This document shows, piece by piece, positions 13,727-28,374 of a stretch of DNA of 64,000 nucleotides. This DNA comes from Octopus sinensis (taxonomy: Eukaryota): assembly GCF_006345805.1 (NCBI RefSeq), contig NC_043001.1, positions 3,658,001 to 3,722,000 of the forward strand, in the 5' to 3' direction. Below the pieces are notes generated by a model that saw only the letters and a program-made list of their open reading frames with translations, was not told the DNA's origin and did not search any database. Every line of letters starts with the position of its first letter. Position 1 is the first letter of the stretch. The position numbers were made by a program, and so were the translations under genes.

Positions 13727-13979
13727 GTACATATAGATATATACAACTATACATACATATATATGTGTGTCTGTGTGTGTGTGTGTATGGAGGGAGAAAA
13801 ATGGAGATTTCCAATCAAATTATGAGAGAGAATCAAAATTAAAAACAGATTCGGTGACCATTTATTTATCAATTCTTTATCAGTTGGTCGCGTTTCAACT
13901 TTATGATGTTCAAAGGAAACCGGTTCCTTCCGAGGAAACGAGAGATGAAATATGGCGGCCAATTTATAAAGGAAGCAGT

Positions 13980-14290
13980 TAAGGAAATGATGCTGTACGT
14001 TTGTGTATGTCGGTTCTTGTGCGTGCCTGTGTGCATGTGTGTGTGTATCTGTGTGTGTGTGTGTAAGTGTGTGTAAGTGTGTGCGTGTGTGTGTGAGAGT
14101 GTGTGTGTGAGTGTATTTGTGTGTTTGTGCGTACGTGTGTGTGTGTCTGAGTGTGTGCATGTGTGTGTACGTGCATGTGTGCGTGAATGTATGCGTGTGT
14201 GTGTGTGCATGTGTGTGTGTGTGTGCATGTGTGCGTGAGTGTGTGTGTGTGTGAGTGTGTGTGTGTGTGTGTGCGTGTTTGCGTGTGACC
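13980..14290. repeat. Degenerate (TG)n microsatellite
   Basis: Visible directly in the sequence. Confidence 0.95.
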
Positions 14291-15362
14291 AAAGCTTCAT
14301 ACAACTCTGCCAGTTAATAATAAAAAAAACCGTGTACGATTCTCTGTCAAGAAAGATAACTTCGCTACTCGACAATGGAAATCGATATAATAATTACCAG
14401 ACTGAATGAAATAAATATCGGGAGTGAAATGATCGATTAGGGTCCCTTGAAGATGGATTTCCAGCATGAAACCAGTAAGAGATTAAAAGACAATGAAGTT
14501 CATATCACCGTGAGGTCAAATTTGCCTTTCATCTTTCCCGGAGCGATAAGACATATTATCCAACGAGACAAACAGCCAAGTCCTGGCGTCGCTATCATCG
14601 ATTGTTCCCTTCATTCAGATACGCTTGTGTGTCTGTGTGTCTGTTATGAACGTTAGTCATATACATTATAAGTAATGTCGCGACACAACTAAATATGGAT
14701 TCACTATTTACTATTGTCTTACTAGACGACATTGCTTGCTATGATGTCCCGATAGCGTTCATTATTGTGTCACTAAACCACTCAGAATACAGGAAGCGCT
14801 TATTTTGACTGGTGTCGTTACCACTAGATAATGTGGGGAATAAATTGTCTTGCGATATTTAGATACAGCTATTTAGAATCGGAGTTTCTATTCTTCAATA
14901 GGAGTTTCATAAAGTCAAAGTAAAATTAATTAATCAATTAGTAATTAATAATTTTACTAAGTAGTTCGGTATGTTAAAAGAACCATTATCGGTAAGCTTA
15001 TTAAAAAATTCTATATTTATAAGCATAATTATAATTAGGGTGCAGCGAAATTGCTTCACCACAAACCGAAATTTAGAAATAACAATTAAATACTATTCCA
15101 CTACCATAAAATATCTCCCAGACAGCAATACTCCCAACTCACGCAGGTAAGGAGAAAAAATAAGGAACCCACCCGATTTGATTAACTATATACCCGTTTC
15201 TGGATTAAAGAGATGTAAAATTGAAATTGTACTCACTTATTTCCGTCTTCAGTATAGTATTTCAATTATAAATTTGAGAGTACAAACAATTAAAATATGC
15301 ATTCGACCAAACCCCATCAAATAGCTAATATCCAAAAACCAAATTATGCTTATAATTATAGA

Positions 15363-15401
<39 letters not shown>

Positions 15402-15954
15402 GTGTGTGTGTGTGTGTGTGTGTGTGTGTATTTATGTATGTATTTATGTATACGAGGGTGTATACATGCACACACAACACATAAAAAAGCTGGCACACCG
15501 TCGGTTACGACGATCACAAGCATCCAAATCTTCTTCACCACTCTTCCAACTTCATTTTTTCCTCTTAAAATGAGGATTTCGTCTATTTGGACTATAAGTC
15601 GTACCACTGCACGGCTGTCTGTCTGCTAATATTGCTGGTGGATATGCAGCATGTCATTAGCATTTCACATATAAAGTACAGGATTATGTGAAGACCGTCA
15701 ATCGACTATCTTCCACAAATATATTTAAAAATTATTTGGAGGTGATAAAGACAAAGGAATGGTGGATTCGGACTGTCCGTATTTTGAAGTCATGAATTAA
15801 AAGAAAAAAATGTGGGATGCGAGGTTTTTTCTTTTTTTTGCATAATCATATTATTTCCATTATGCAAAAGACAGAATCGAAACAATTTCGTAAAAATTCG
15901 TAAAAATACAAATGTTATGAGGGGTTTTAGCACGTGCTTTCATTATAATCCCGC

Positions 15955-15965
15955 CCATTCATACA

Positions 15966-16026
<61 letters not shown>

Positions 16027-16990
16027 CGCATACAAACATGCCCGTGCACACACACCAACAAACAATACTCATACAGATACACACACTCTTATAAACACCT
16101 AGCAGAGACACACAAACACATACATACATACATACATACATACATACATACATACATACATACATCCATGCATGCATATGGGGTTGGCTGCATTGCAGGC
16201 GTGCGTCAGTGTGTGTGTGTGTGTGTGTGTCTGTGGATTCACATACACCTATACCAATTTTTTCCATCAATCTTTCAATTATAAAGTGTGTACTTGCATA
16301 CATATATATACACACATATAAACCTCTACATTTGTACACACACGCACATATATACATACATTCACTCGCACGCACGTACACATACACGCAAATACACACA
16401 CACACACACACCATTTACATATATATACAATACACGCACATACACATACACACGTACAAACACACACACAAATTCACATACACACCGACACATATGCATA
16501 CACACAATATATATACCTACACGCGCACGCACACATACACATACGTACACACATATAAGCACAAACACACACATATACGCACACAAAAACATGCGCACAC
16601 ATACGCACGCACACACGCACACCAATGCACACACCCAAAACTCAAAACCCCACGGATACACGCATATACATCCATATACGCTTACACACACACACATACA
16701 AACGCACACATACACGCACACAGAACTACACGCACATACATACACACACACAATTGAACCCACACATACCTCCCATACACACGGCACACAATTATACATA
16801 CACGCACACAATTATACATACATATACACACACACACACGCACGTACAAGCACACAGGCACACATACACTAAGTTAAGGACAGTTAATCGCCACACACAC
16901 AAACTCTACGCATACACACACGAACACACACATACACACACACACTACAAACAAAACACACACACGATACATATACATACACGCACACAC
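15955..16990. repeat. Compound (CATA)/(CA)/(TA) low-complexity tract
   Basis: Visible directly; it produces the H/T/Y/I-rich spurious ORFs in the track. Confidence 0.9.
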
Positions 16991-16994
16991 ACAT

Positions 16995-17506
16995 ACCTCT
17001 TTGTTTTGACCTGTGGCTGGACACAAAAAACACCACTCCTTATTCATACTACTGGCCAACTACTAGTCAGTTGTTCGCCCTACACACATATACACACACA
17101 CATATACACACACACATGCACACAAATGTTTCATCATTGCACACATACACACACGCGCACACGCAGACCTCCGCGCACGCACACATCCACACACATTCCC
17201 CCTCTCACTTTCCCTGTCTTTGACATACTACCTACTGTCTTTGAAAACTCTCCTGTCTTTAAAAAACATTATTCTTCCACCTTTCTACTTCCGGTCTTTC
17301 AATATGTGACCTCGTGAGTACCGCTGACGATTTTTTCCCTCTGTCTTCCCTTCTCGGGATCTTTCCTTCTCCTATGTTTTCGACGAAGAGCTCCGCTCGA
17401 AACGTTAAACCTCCTTCTTCCCTTCTTTCCTGAGCGTCTAATAATACTTTATTTGTTCCACGTCCTCGCGTTGTTGTGGGTTTTTTTTGTGTTTTCTTGT
17501 TTGGAT

Positions 17507-17510
<4 letters not shown>
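16995..17510 (+). mobile_element. Penelope-like 3' UTR/pLTR remnant
   Basis: Contains the hammerhead-like gttt-tcgacga-agagc-tcc-gctc-gaaa-cgtt-aaac and ends TTAACTATATATA. Paralogous segments lie at ~22970-23140 and ~43950-44045. Confidence 0.6.
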
Positions 17511-17543
<33 letters not shown>

Positions 17544-17545
<2 letters not shown>

Positions 17546-17742
17546 AAAATGTAGAGGAATGACCACTAATAGTGGACAGCCCGTATGCTAGAAATAGACG
17601 TCAAACTCGACATTTACCACGAAGAATGTGTTCTTTGCTGAATGTTTTCTTGAGAACACATTCTTCGTGGTAAATGACGAGTTTGACGTTTATTCTAGCA
17701 TACAGGCTATCCACTATTAGTGGTCATTCCTCTAAATTTTGT
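17544..17742. mobile_element. MITE-like fold-back (~90-bp arms, 18-nt spacer)
   Basis: 17544-17634 and 17653-17742 are inverted copies with ~5 substitutions and one indel. The left end abuts (TA)n. Confidence 0.75.
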
Positions 17743-18619
17743 ATGTAAAATTATTTTTTATCTTCGGATTTTTTTAAAAATATGCTAGGCCACTAGTTTT
17801 AATTAATTAATATCTATTTCTACCCTTATTTAATTATATATATATATATATATAATAATATATATATAAAGATAGAAAGACAGATTGGTAGGTAGGTAGA
17901 TAGATAGATGGATACGTGTGTGTGTTGGGTGGGAATCTGTGTGTCTCTGTGTTTACTAGTGTCTGTTTTTCTGTTAGTTTTTGTTTACTTATGCACATCA
18001 AAAAATGAGCTAATGAGGCACACTCTGCGTGGTTGTTGAATTTGCTAGAAATAACATCCAAATCTCCCTCATTAAGGAAACGGAAAATGTTTACTCCTCT
18101 ACATCATTACGATTAAAATTAACGCTTTGATTTTGTTCGACTCTATGAATTTAATTTTTTGTAAATGCTTCTCTGTCCATTGCTTGATACAGGAAATTGG
18201 GAAATCCTGACCAAAACAGAAAAATACTAATTTTATAAAAAATATAGAAAGAAAAAGAAAAGATTCTGTTTTCCAAAGCCAAAAGTTGTGTTTTTTTAGC
18301 TGGTGTGTAATTTTATGATTAAAACAAAGTCAAAGTTTAAATTTCAGATCATAAGTCCTACCAAGTTATCTGATGTATAGCAGCAGTTCAAATGGGTACA
18401 AAACATTAAACAAACGTGTGTACGTGCGTGGTTAGGTCTTTAATAGCCAAAGGTCAATTTCAGTTCAATCGCAGAAAGGAATTCAAAACAGCAACACACG
18501 CAATATTATACATACAAACATACCCATACATAGACACATATTCACAAACACATACCTATCAGCCACTCCCAGCAGCCAGTTTGATCCAAAATTCTGACCA
18601 CCATTTTTTAATATATTTT

Positions 18620-18651
<32 letters not shown>

Positions 18652-19749
18652 TATTCAGCTTTTCGCTTTCATTACTTTTTCTTTTAATTGTCTGTCACTA
18701 TTCAACTGTTTTAGTTTTTTGTTTTGTTTTGGGGGTTTCACTTTAGCGACACCAGTTACACATGGAACGAGGAGCTTGCTTGGTGTAACTCAAAGTGGAA
18801 AAAAGTGTTTTTGAAGTTTTTGAACATATGAAACAAACAGTACGTTTTTTTTTTTAAACTGACTCTCGCTGAGATGTGAAAATTTCAAATTAAACTTACC
18901 AAAGACAAGGGTCTTCCAGCGCCCCCTAGCACCCCCAAGTCTCTTAACGCCACCTAGTGCCCCTTTGCTCCAAAACGCCCCCTCGAGTTCAAAATGGCTC
19001 TCAGGGGTGGGGTGGCATATGGAACCCGTTTAGAACCTTTGCTATAAATGATTAGTATTTTTTGCAAGACAGGTAGAAATAATGTTATATAAATGTTGTT
19101 TGTTACCTTAATTTATAGATATTTTCATTGTGCTCAAAAGACAAATAACGTCTTCAAATTCTTTCCATAGTCAATGCATTTAAAAAGCCTAATACTGTAT
19201 TGCATATCATGAGAAAAGGAAAGAATCTCATTATATTACAGATATGTGTTTTCGTTGGGAACATGTCTCAAATGAATTCCCGTAGATTATAAAAGGTTAA
19301 TTGTTTCTCTTTAGCTGTAGCTCAGTGCAGATCAAGTAGAACTTTGATCAGAGGCGCCCACCTTTGACCATTCTAACTTGTATGTCTATGTGGATGTTAC
19401 ATTACTCTGTGTGTCTGTTACTTTCGCACGATTTGAGTGGAATTTGGCCGCAAATAAAAACGTGACTGTTGCCCATAAAAAGTATTCCTTGTTAGTTTCT
19501 ATAACGGACAGTAGTCAATAGAAGCCAAGGAAAATATTGTGGCCTTGAGATCATTAGTACTTTTGTGATTGTTGACGTAGGTGTTGTTGTTTATCCCCAG
19601 GTCAGCCTGGACTGAACAGACAAAAATATTCCAGCCATGATAATCTCATTTGAAATCCTATAAATCATCCTCGATACGAATAGAGATTTACGACAGACGA
19701 CGAAGACGATCTTTACACTATAATACATACAATGCTACACATAAATATA

Positions 19750-19789
19750 CGTATAAACATACACACATATATATATATATATACATTAT

Positions 19790-19845
<56 letters not shown>

Positions 19846-20117
19846 TTATATATATATAATATTATATATAATATATATATATATATAACATATATACATA
19901 TACGTATGTATGCACACAAACGAACACACATATTTATATATATGCATATATATACATACATATGTACTTATATATATATAGGCGTATGTGTATATATATA
20001 TATGTATATATATATATGTATATATATGTGAGTATATATATATATGTATATATATATATGTATATATATATGTATATATATATGAATATATATATATATA
20101 TATGGTTTTGTCTCGAA

Positions 20118-20160
<43 letters not shown>

Positions 20161-20227
20161 TATATATATATATTGCGAAAAAACAAATACCTATTTCTAT
20201 AAATGATTAAGATTTATCCCGATAAGA

Positions 20228-20295
<68 letters not shown>
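19750..20295. repeat. (TA)n/(TATG) tract followed by (TTA)n
   Basis: Visible directly in the sequence. Confidence 0.95.
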
Positions 20296-20296
<1 letters not shown>

Positions 20297-20657
20297 GCTA
20301 TAGCAACATTCAAACTTTGCTGAAAGTAAATAATACATTAGTTTTTCAGACGCTTTAAGTAGGTCTAGCAGCTAAATTTAGATAAGTTTTCATAAAACTT
20401 GGTCTGCAGCTTCGGGCTAATCTTATGTGCTGTTTTGTTAATGGTTTCCACATTAATAAATCTGTTTCACAATGTGAAACATATATTACAAAACAGATAG
20501 ACTTGCGCAAAAGCAGAAGTGCATACACACTCATGGGCGCGCCCATGTGTATAGAATATATATGTACGTTTGTAAGAATTTGTGTACGCATATAAATATA
20601 TATATTATATATATATATATATACATATAATATATATATATAACTATATATAGATAT

Positions 20658-20689
<32 letters not shown>

Positions 20690-21839
20690 ATATATATATA
20701 TATATATAATATATAGTATGTATATATATATATATATCGTGATTAGTTCCACTGCGGTGAGATTCAGACAAGAAGCCCCTGCTAAAGCCCCAGGCCTAGC
20801 AAATTGTGTGAATGCATTTCGTAGAAAGAAAATTGTCGTGTGTCGAATGTGTGTGTTTGTGTATGTATATTCTCTCTCTATATATATATATAGCGAGAGA
20901 TACATGGATTGTTATATTTGCTAATGTGTGTGTGTGTGTGTGTGTATTTGTGTTTACGTTTCCTAGTTTTAACATTGAGCGATATGTGTGACTATCGTGG
21001 TACTGTAAGCGTTGTCCTTTCTTATCAATTTTGCTTTCCCGCCATAGCTTACGGTTGGCAGTAAGAAGGCCATCTGACTATAGAATTTACGCCTCCACGA
21101 TGTCTATCTGATCCTTTCAAGACTGGAAATGATGAAGATGATGATTTATTCATAGGTCTGTTAATACTAAAAATGCACTTGTTGCTATGGTAGAGTATCG
21201 TAGGTTATTTTTCTTTTAGTTTCCTTTTATTCAGAAGATTCCTCAATGTCCACAACGTGCTGGCTTGTCACACTGGGCGAAATAGATATGAACAAAATGG
21301 ACAAAATCGCTCAAAGTTGATGTATGATTAGGTGCCAGACAAACGGGAATATGTGAAAAGTTTGCTGTTTTTCAGTCGTCGTAGTATATAAAATCCTTTA
21401 GCTCTGAGACAAAGGATAAGTGGATATGATGCATGAAGTGTCATGAGTAAATATTTTGGTAACAACGTCATATCCAGAGTTAAATAGTGAGGCATAATAT
21501 TCACTGATAGTGCTATAGATATATACTATAAATATTCTATAGATAGTGCTATATATATATTCATTGATTGTGCTATAGATATTCTAAAGGTTGCATGATG
21601 TGTGTAGGACGTAGTGCATTGTGACATATTTTTTTATATGTAGGTGTTGCAATAATTAAATAGTGAAATTGTGTGGCATAGGTACAGCAATAATCCATGA
21701 AGAACCACACTGACATCATATCCAAAAGAAAGTTTAGGAATGAACCGTCAGAACGACAAAAAATGCAGACACCAAATCTGGTGGTGATCCATTAATCAAA
21801 AAAATCTGGAAAATGCCATTCTAACTGTAAAAGATGCAT

Positions 21840-22030
21840 GCATTCATTCATTCATACATACACACACACATACATACATACATACATACATACATACATA
21901 CATAATACATACGTTCATACATACATACATACATACGTTCATACATACATACATACATACATACATACATACATACATACATACATACGTTCATACATAC
22001 ATACATACATACATGCAAACATACATACAT
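21840..22030. repeat. (CATA)n microsatellite
   Basis: Visible directly in the sequence. Confidence 0.95.
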
Positions 22031-22032
22031 AA

Positions 22033-22245
22033 TTTTCTACTCCAGGCACAAGGCCGAAAATTCTTGGGGCGGGTGTCAGTCGATTAGATCGACACCAATA
22101 AGCAACTGGTACTTAATTTATCGACCCCGAATGAATGAAAGGCAAAGTCGATCTCAGCGGAATTTAAACTCAGAACGTAATGACAGACGAAATACCGCTA
22201 TGCATTTCGCCCGGCGTGCTAACGTTCCTGCCAGCTCGCCGCCTT
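22033..22245 (-). mobile_element. SINE family B, near full length (tail type i)
   Basis: Close match to the family-B head, core and tail seen at 43299 and 61125. Confidence 0.85.
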
Positions 22246-22313
22246 TACATACATACATGCATACATATATACATACTCATATATAAATATATATGCATGT
22301 ATATATAGATATA

Positions 22314-22672
22314 TGGTACCGAGTTCAGTCCCACTGCGTGGCACCATGGGCTAGTGTCTTCTACTATAGCCTCGGACCGACCAAAGACTTGTGAGTGGAT
22401 TTGGTAGACGGAAACTTAAAGAAGCTCGTCGTATATATGTATTTATATATGTATGAGTGTGTATATTTTTGTATATCTTTGTTTGTCCCCCAACATCTCT
22501 TGACAACCGATGGTTGTTTGTTTACGTCCCCGCAACTTAGCGGTTTGGTTAAAGAGACCGATAGAATAAGTACTAGGTTTCCAAAGAATAAGTCCTGAAG
22601 TCGATTTGCTTGACTAAAGGCGGTACTCCAGCATGGCCGCAGTCAAATGACTGAAACAAGTAATAGAGTAAA
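22314..22672 (+). mobile_element. SINE family A, 5'-truncated
   Basis: gagttcagtcccactgcgtggcacc...ggatttggtagacggaaact...ccagcatggccgcagtcaaatgactgaaacaag matches 4006-4417. Confidence 0.85.
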
Positions 22673-22708
22673 GAGAGAGAATACATATACATATATATAT
22701 GTGTGTGT

Positions 22709-22751
<43 letters not shown>

Positions 22752-22969
22752 GATAGAATTCTTGTGGATTAACAAGGCACCTAATGTTTTCTTATGAAGA
22801 TCTCTTTAAATGAAACTATTGATTGCTTTGTTAGTTAATCCACAAATAAGGAACATGTATTCAACAAAGTGGTGTTGAGCACGCATTCTCACTGTTCCAT
22901 ACCAGTTCATAGAGACACGTATGTGTGCGTGTAATTCTGAATATATATATATATATATGCATATAACTA

Positions 22970-23140
22970 CATGGAGATCATTGGCGATTTTTTCCTCCAT
23001 GTTCTTTTTCTTTTGGACTTTCCTCCGTCTCCTCTTTTTGACGAAGAGCTTTGCTCGTAAAGTAAATCTGCCATTGTTTCCTTCCCTGAGCCTCTTCTAA
23101 TACTTTGCATTTACCACGTCCTCGCGATGTTGTTTCTTTT
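22970..23140 (+). mobile_element. Penelope-like pLTR remnant
   Basis: ttgacgaagagctttgctcgtaaag...taatactttg..ccacgtcctcgcg is paralogous to 17370-17470. Confidence 0.5.
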
Positions 23141-23177
23141 TCTTATTGTATTTGTTCTTCGTTTTGGGGGGATTTAT

Positions 23178-23213
<36 letters not shown>

Positions 23214-23235
23214 CTATATATATATTTTTAAGAAA

Positions 23236-23590
23236 CACTCCGTCGGTTACGACGACGAGGTTCCGGTTGATCCGAATCACGGAAACAGCCTGCTCGTGAA
23301 ATTAACGTGTAAGTGGCTGAGCACTCCACAGACACGTGTCCCTTAACGTAGTTCTCGGGGATATTCAGCGTGACACAGAGAGTGACAAGGCCGGCCCTTT
23401 GAAATACAGTACAACAGAAACAGGAAGTAAGAGTGAGAGAAAGTTGTGGTGAAAAGTTACAGCAGGGATCACCACCATCCCCTGGCGGAGCCTCGTGGAG
23501 CTTAGGTGTTTTCGCTCAATAAACACTCACAACGCCCGTCTGGGAATCGAAACCGCGATCCGCGGCCCTCACCACTGGGCCATTGCGCCT

Positions 23591-23592
<2 letters not shown>
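23236..23592 (-). mobile_element. tRNA-derived SINE family C, near full length
   Basis: Minus-strand head ggaggcgcaatggcccagtgg..ggtttcgattccc (A/B boxes) and 3' block ttaatttcacgagcaggctgttccg..cgtaaccgacggagtg. Other copies are at 31592-31750, 44142-44551 and 49188-49257. Confidence 0.85.
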
Positions 23593-23627
<35 letters not shown>

Positions 23628-25220
23628 TAAATAGAGAGACAAAACCACTATTAGCAAATCAAACAATGAAAGACTTAAGCCAATACATCTGATTTTTCCC
23701 TGTAAGTTTGGATTTATTCCCTAATAATTATTATTATATATATATATATATATGTATAATATATATTATATATATATTGGTAAAATGTTTAGAGATTCCT
23801 TTTTACATCTCTTTTCTAATGGAACAGGAAATGTACTTTCATATTTTAAACATTGTTACAAATATTACGTGTTCGTATATATATTTCGACGTTTACATCT
23901 ATATTATCAAATATCAGAAATTCGAATGAAGTAATTAAGAAATAAAAATTAAATATTCGAAATTAAAACAGCTCCCTTTCATATTCTGGAAGTAGTTACA
24001 GGCATGTTTGAAGAGCAAGTACTTATCTATGCACATAATATGACAACAAACTATTTTGATTTCTAAATTTTTAATTTTTATTTCCTAATTCCTTATATTT
24101 GATTGCACGGTCATAAACATCAAAATCGGTTATATCTAAAAAAGAACTCATTGAACGTTACAAATATAGAAGTACTTCTTCTGTCGGACTAAAGAACAAT
24201 AGTAAAAATAATCTCAAAACATACTTCAGTACCATATCCTCTTTTATATTTTATCAATTACATTTGATATGTATATAAGTCAATGACATTCAAAATATGA
24301 CTTTTACATAACGTTTTTTAGCTTTCACAATTTTACAATATTACATATTACGATAAAAGTCGTATTTTCATGCTTTCGGATGTCTTGAAGCTTATAGAGA
24401 AACAATATTAAACGACAGTTGAATTTCATAATTGATAACTGCAGTGTAATGGTTGCTTTGTCTTTTAAATAATTCCCACTAGACTCCAGCAAATTGTATC
24501 TTACGAAGAGTTTGAACCAATCAACGTGTGGCTTAGCCGTCGCCACAAACTGATTAAAATACTATTTGTATGACATAGATTACCGTAATCTACTGGAAAG
24601 TATTTAAAGGACAATTAGAAACTTTCTCTTTCGCATATCACTTTTGAAACATAACCATGAGTTAATACTGATTAAATATAAACCTGGGGATTGCGGATAG
24701 TATGAAAATACTTGCTTGATCATAATATTTAATATCATAATATTGTGAAAAGTACAAAATAAAATGTAAAGGTCAGAGGTCATTCTCATCCCCAAGAAGA
24801 GAAATTAATGCAAACAAGTATTGAAACCCGACATTAACTAGATCTTAGCTGCAATTTTCTTGTCGGCGGTATTATTAATTACATTATTGCACAAATAATA
24901 AATATTTGTGGGTCGGGAAAAGTCAAGAGAATTTAACTGTGACGTGTGATAGACGATGACATGTAAAGAAAACGCAAATGTTTTGAGTACGAAATAAATA
25001 ATGGGTACACATCTGTTTAAAGTTCCAAAGTGAAACTGTATAGGCTGTGGCTGAATTAGCTTTATATTAGGCTGAATGTATGTATGTATGGGTGAATGGA
25101 TGGATGAATATGTATATATGTATATATATTCCTGTACATACACATGTACATATCATATATATCTACGGCAATCTATAAAAATATAAGTATTATATTAGTG
25201 ATATATATATATATATTATA

Positions 25221-25251
<31 letters not shown>

Positions 25252-25293
25252 GATATATATACAATACATACGCATATAGATGCATATATAGAT

Positions 25294-25327
<34 letters not shown>

Positions 25328-27036
25328 ACATACATAGATGCATATATATATATATATAGATATATATATATATATACATATACATATACATACTATGCAT
25401 ATATATATATATAGATATTATATATATATATAATATATATATATATATAATATATATATATATAGATATAAGTAGAGAGAGAGAGCGAGAGAGAGAGAAG
25501 AGAGAGAGAGAGAGGGAGGAGAGAGAGAGAGAGAGAGAGAGAGCTTGTGCGACATTTTGTTCCATCGTTATCTAACATAATTTCTCTATGTCGTCAGTGA
25601 CTTTTATAATCTTGTTTATACCAAAAGATGCCACCGATCAATACAGCACAGTTGAACAAAGATTTTAATGCTTTGGAGAAACACATCAAGTTGCAAGATA
25701 TTTGCTAGAATATTTCTTTGAGAAATTTATCGCAATCACACATGAATAAGGCTGCTTAGCAAGATGTCGGATTGAGTTACAGGTGATGACGTACAAATGT
25801 TCGCCAATGGTATTTCTAACAGATTCTGTATGAATGCATTGGGACTTGGGCACAAGAATCTAGTGATAACTAAACTGCTGTCGGACATCACCGGAATAGA
25901 ATTTGTGATATTTTGCACATTTGGGAGACGATGAAGTGTATAGGTATCGACTGATGAGAATGTAAATTTACATGTTTCAGTCATTGTCGATCGTTGCAGC
26001 AGAAAGCAGATTCTTACTGTTAGTGTTTCACCTGAACGACTGACGTAGGAGGTTGTATGAGATATCGCTGGGAATGGAGCTGGCGTGTTGATATATGCGT
26101 ATATATTGACATGCACATAACTAAACCGCATGTGTGGATACGCACACACACGCACACACACACACACACACAGATAGATAGATCTATTGATTTATACATA
26201 CAAACATATATATTTGTGTATACGTGCATTTATGAATGAATACATTTGGATAAAATATATATGTGCACGTGTGCGCTTGCGTGTATGTGTATCTGTGTAT
26301 ATGTATGTATGTATATGATGAACATATCTGAGTATGGAAATAGGAACAAATTCTATCATTCATTCACACATAGAGATACCACATAACATCTTCGATCGTT
26401 TTTCACTCATTATTTGCCCAGACAATGTGTAAATAATTGCACCGTTAAGCGTTAGATAAGTGAGTAACTGTATGTATGTATGAATGTATGCATGTACACA
26501 CACACATATATATATATATATACATATAAATATATGAGGATAGGAGAAATTCCAAAACATTATTTAAAATACACAACGAAATAAATATAAACATAAATTT
26601 ATATAAAGAAGTGAATAAAATTACAGGTAAACTTTATATGTAAAAACGATGTGTCTCGCACGTTAGGTTCAGGTACCGAATGGAGAAGTGACAAATATAA
26701 AGAGAAAAATCGAAAGTAAGGGCTTCCCAACGGAACGGTTCCAGTATTGGATGTTTATATGAATTGTCGGATGAGATTTCAAAATTTAAACATTCAGGGA
26801 TAAATAAAGTTGGTAAAAATTATTAAATACGTTAAATATACAAATTCTGGTAAATTCACGTAAAGTATATCATCTACGGCCGTTTCAGGAGTATATTAAA
26901 TGTATAAATGGCGTTTTAAGTATTGCATGAACAAAAACATAATGCCCCACTCCTTACACGGTGATAATTTGGTAAATCAGAGTCTATCAAATTATTACCT
27001 CTATATATATATCATATATATATATATTATATATAT

Positions 27037-27087
<51 letters not shown>

Positions 27088-27090
27088 CAC

Positions 27091-27126
<36 letters not shown>

Positions 27127-27151
27127 ATATGTATATATGTATATTTATGTA

Positions 27152-27216
<65 letters not shown>

Positions 27217-27235
27217 ATATTTATTATGTATATAG

Positions 27236-27569
27236 GGGTAAAGACCCCCTTCGGTCATGAATGACCATGGGATTGCACCTAGAAAGTTACCCTCCTAGAC
27301 ACAAGTCCGGGCAAGGTTGTTTATGGAAGACCAGCAGTCGCCCATGCATACCAGCCTCTCCTCTCCATGCCACTGATATTATCCAAGGGAAAGACAAGGT
27401 CGATACGCTTGGCACCTGTGACGTCGCAACTCATTTCTACACTGAGTGAACTGGAGCAACGTGAAAAAGTGTGTTTTGCTCAAAACACAACACGCAGCCC
27501 GGTCCGGGATTCGAGCTCACAACCTCACGATCGTAAACTCGACGCTCTAACCACTGAGCCATGCGCCTT
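27236..27569 (-). mobile_element. tRNA-derived SINE family D
   Basis: Minus-strand head aaggcgcatggctcagtggttagagcg..gagctcgaatcccgg, then gttgtgttttgagcaaaacacact..gttgctccagttcactcag. Related degraded copies are at ~42540-42650 and ~45150-45320. Confidence 0.8.
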
Positions 27570-27725
<156 letters not shown>

Positions 27726-28374
27726 ATAATATCCTTAAATCCTAAATCTTAAAAATGTTTTAGCCCGAAGGCCGCGGCCATGCTGGGGCACCACCGCTGA
27801 ATGAGCTACACTAGTTTGTGAATATATATATAATATAATATATATATATAATATAATTGCTGTATAATGTATGACTTTATTCTAGGCATAACATCACTTT
27901 CTCATCTATATTTATATATATGTTTATAAGTACATACATGCGCGTATGTATGAATACATGCATATATATGTATATATATATATCTGTACATATGTATATG
28001 TTTGTGCGTGCATGTTTGTTTATACGTTCACCCTTAGATATAAACATGTATGTGTCCATAGATGTGTATATGCATGCATGTGAATCTTTAACCCATCTGT
28101 GTTCTTTTGTGTAAACACCGTACCTGGAACCTTCCCTACTCTCGATTTGGAACTTACATTGGATCAGGAAGCTGTATGTCAGTGTGTTCGGTTGTATATT
28201 TCCATGTACGTGTACATTCATAAGTGTGTGTATATTTGTCTGTGTAGATATGTATGGGTATATGCATGGGTACATATAGACGTATTTGTACTTGGTATAT
28301 ACACACATGCGCAGATGTCGATCCTCACTTTGTGTCCTGAATATTATAATGCTCTGATTCAAACGAATCCTATC

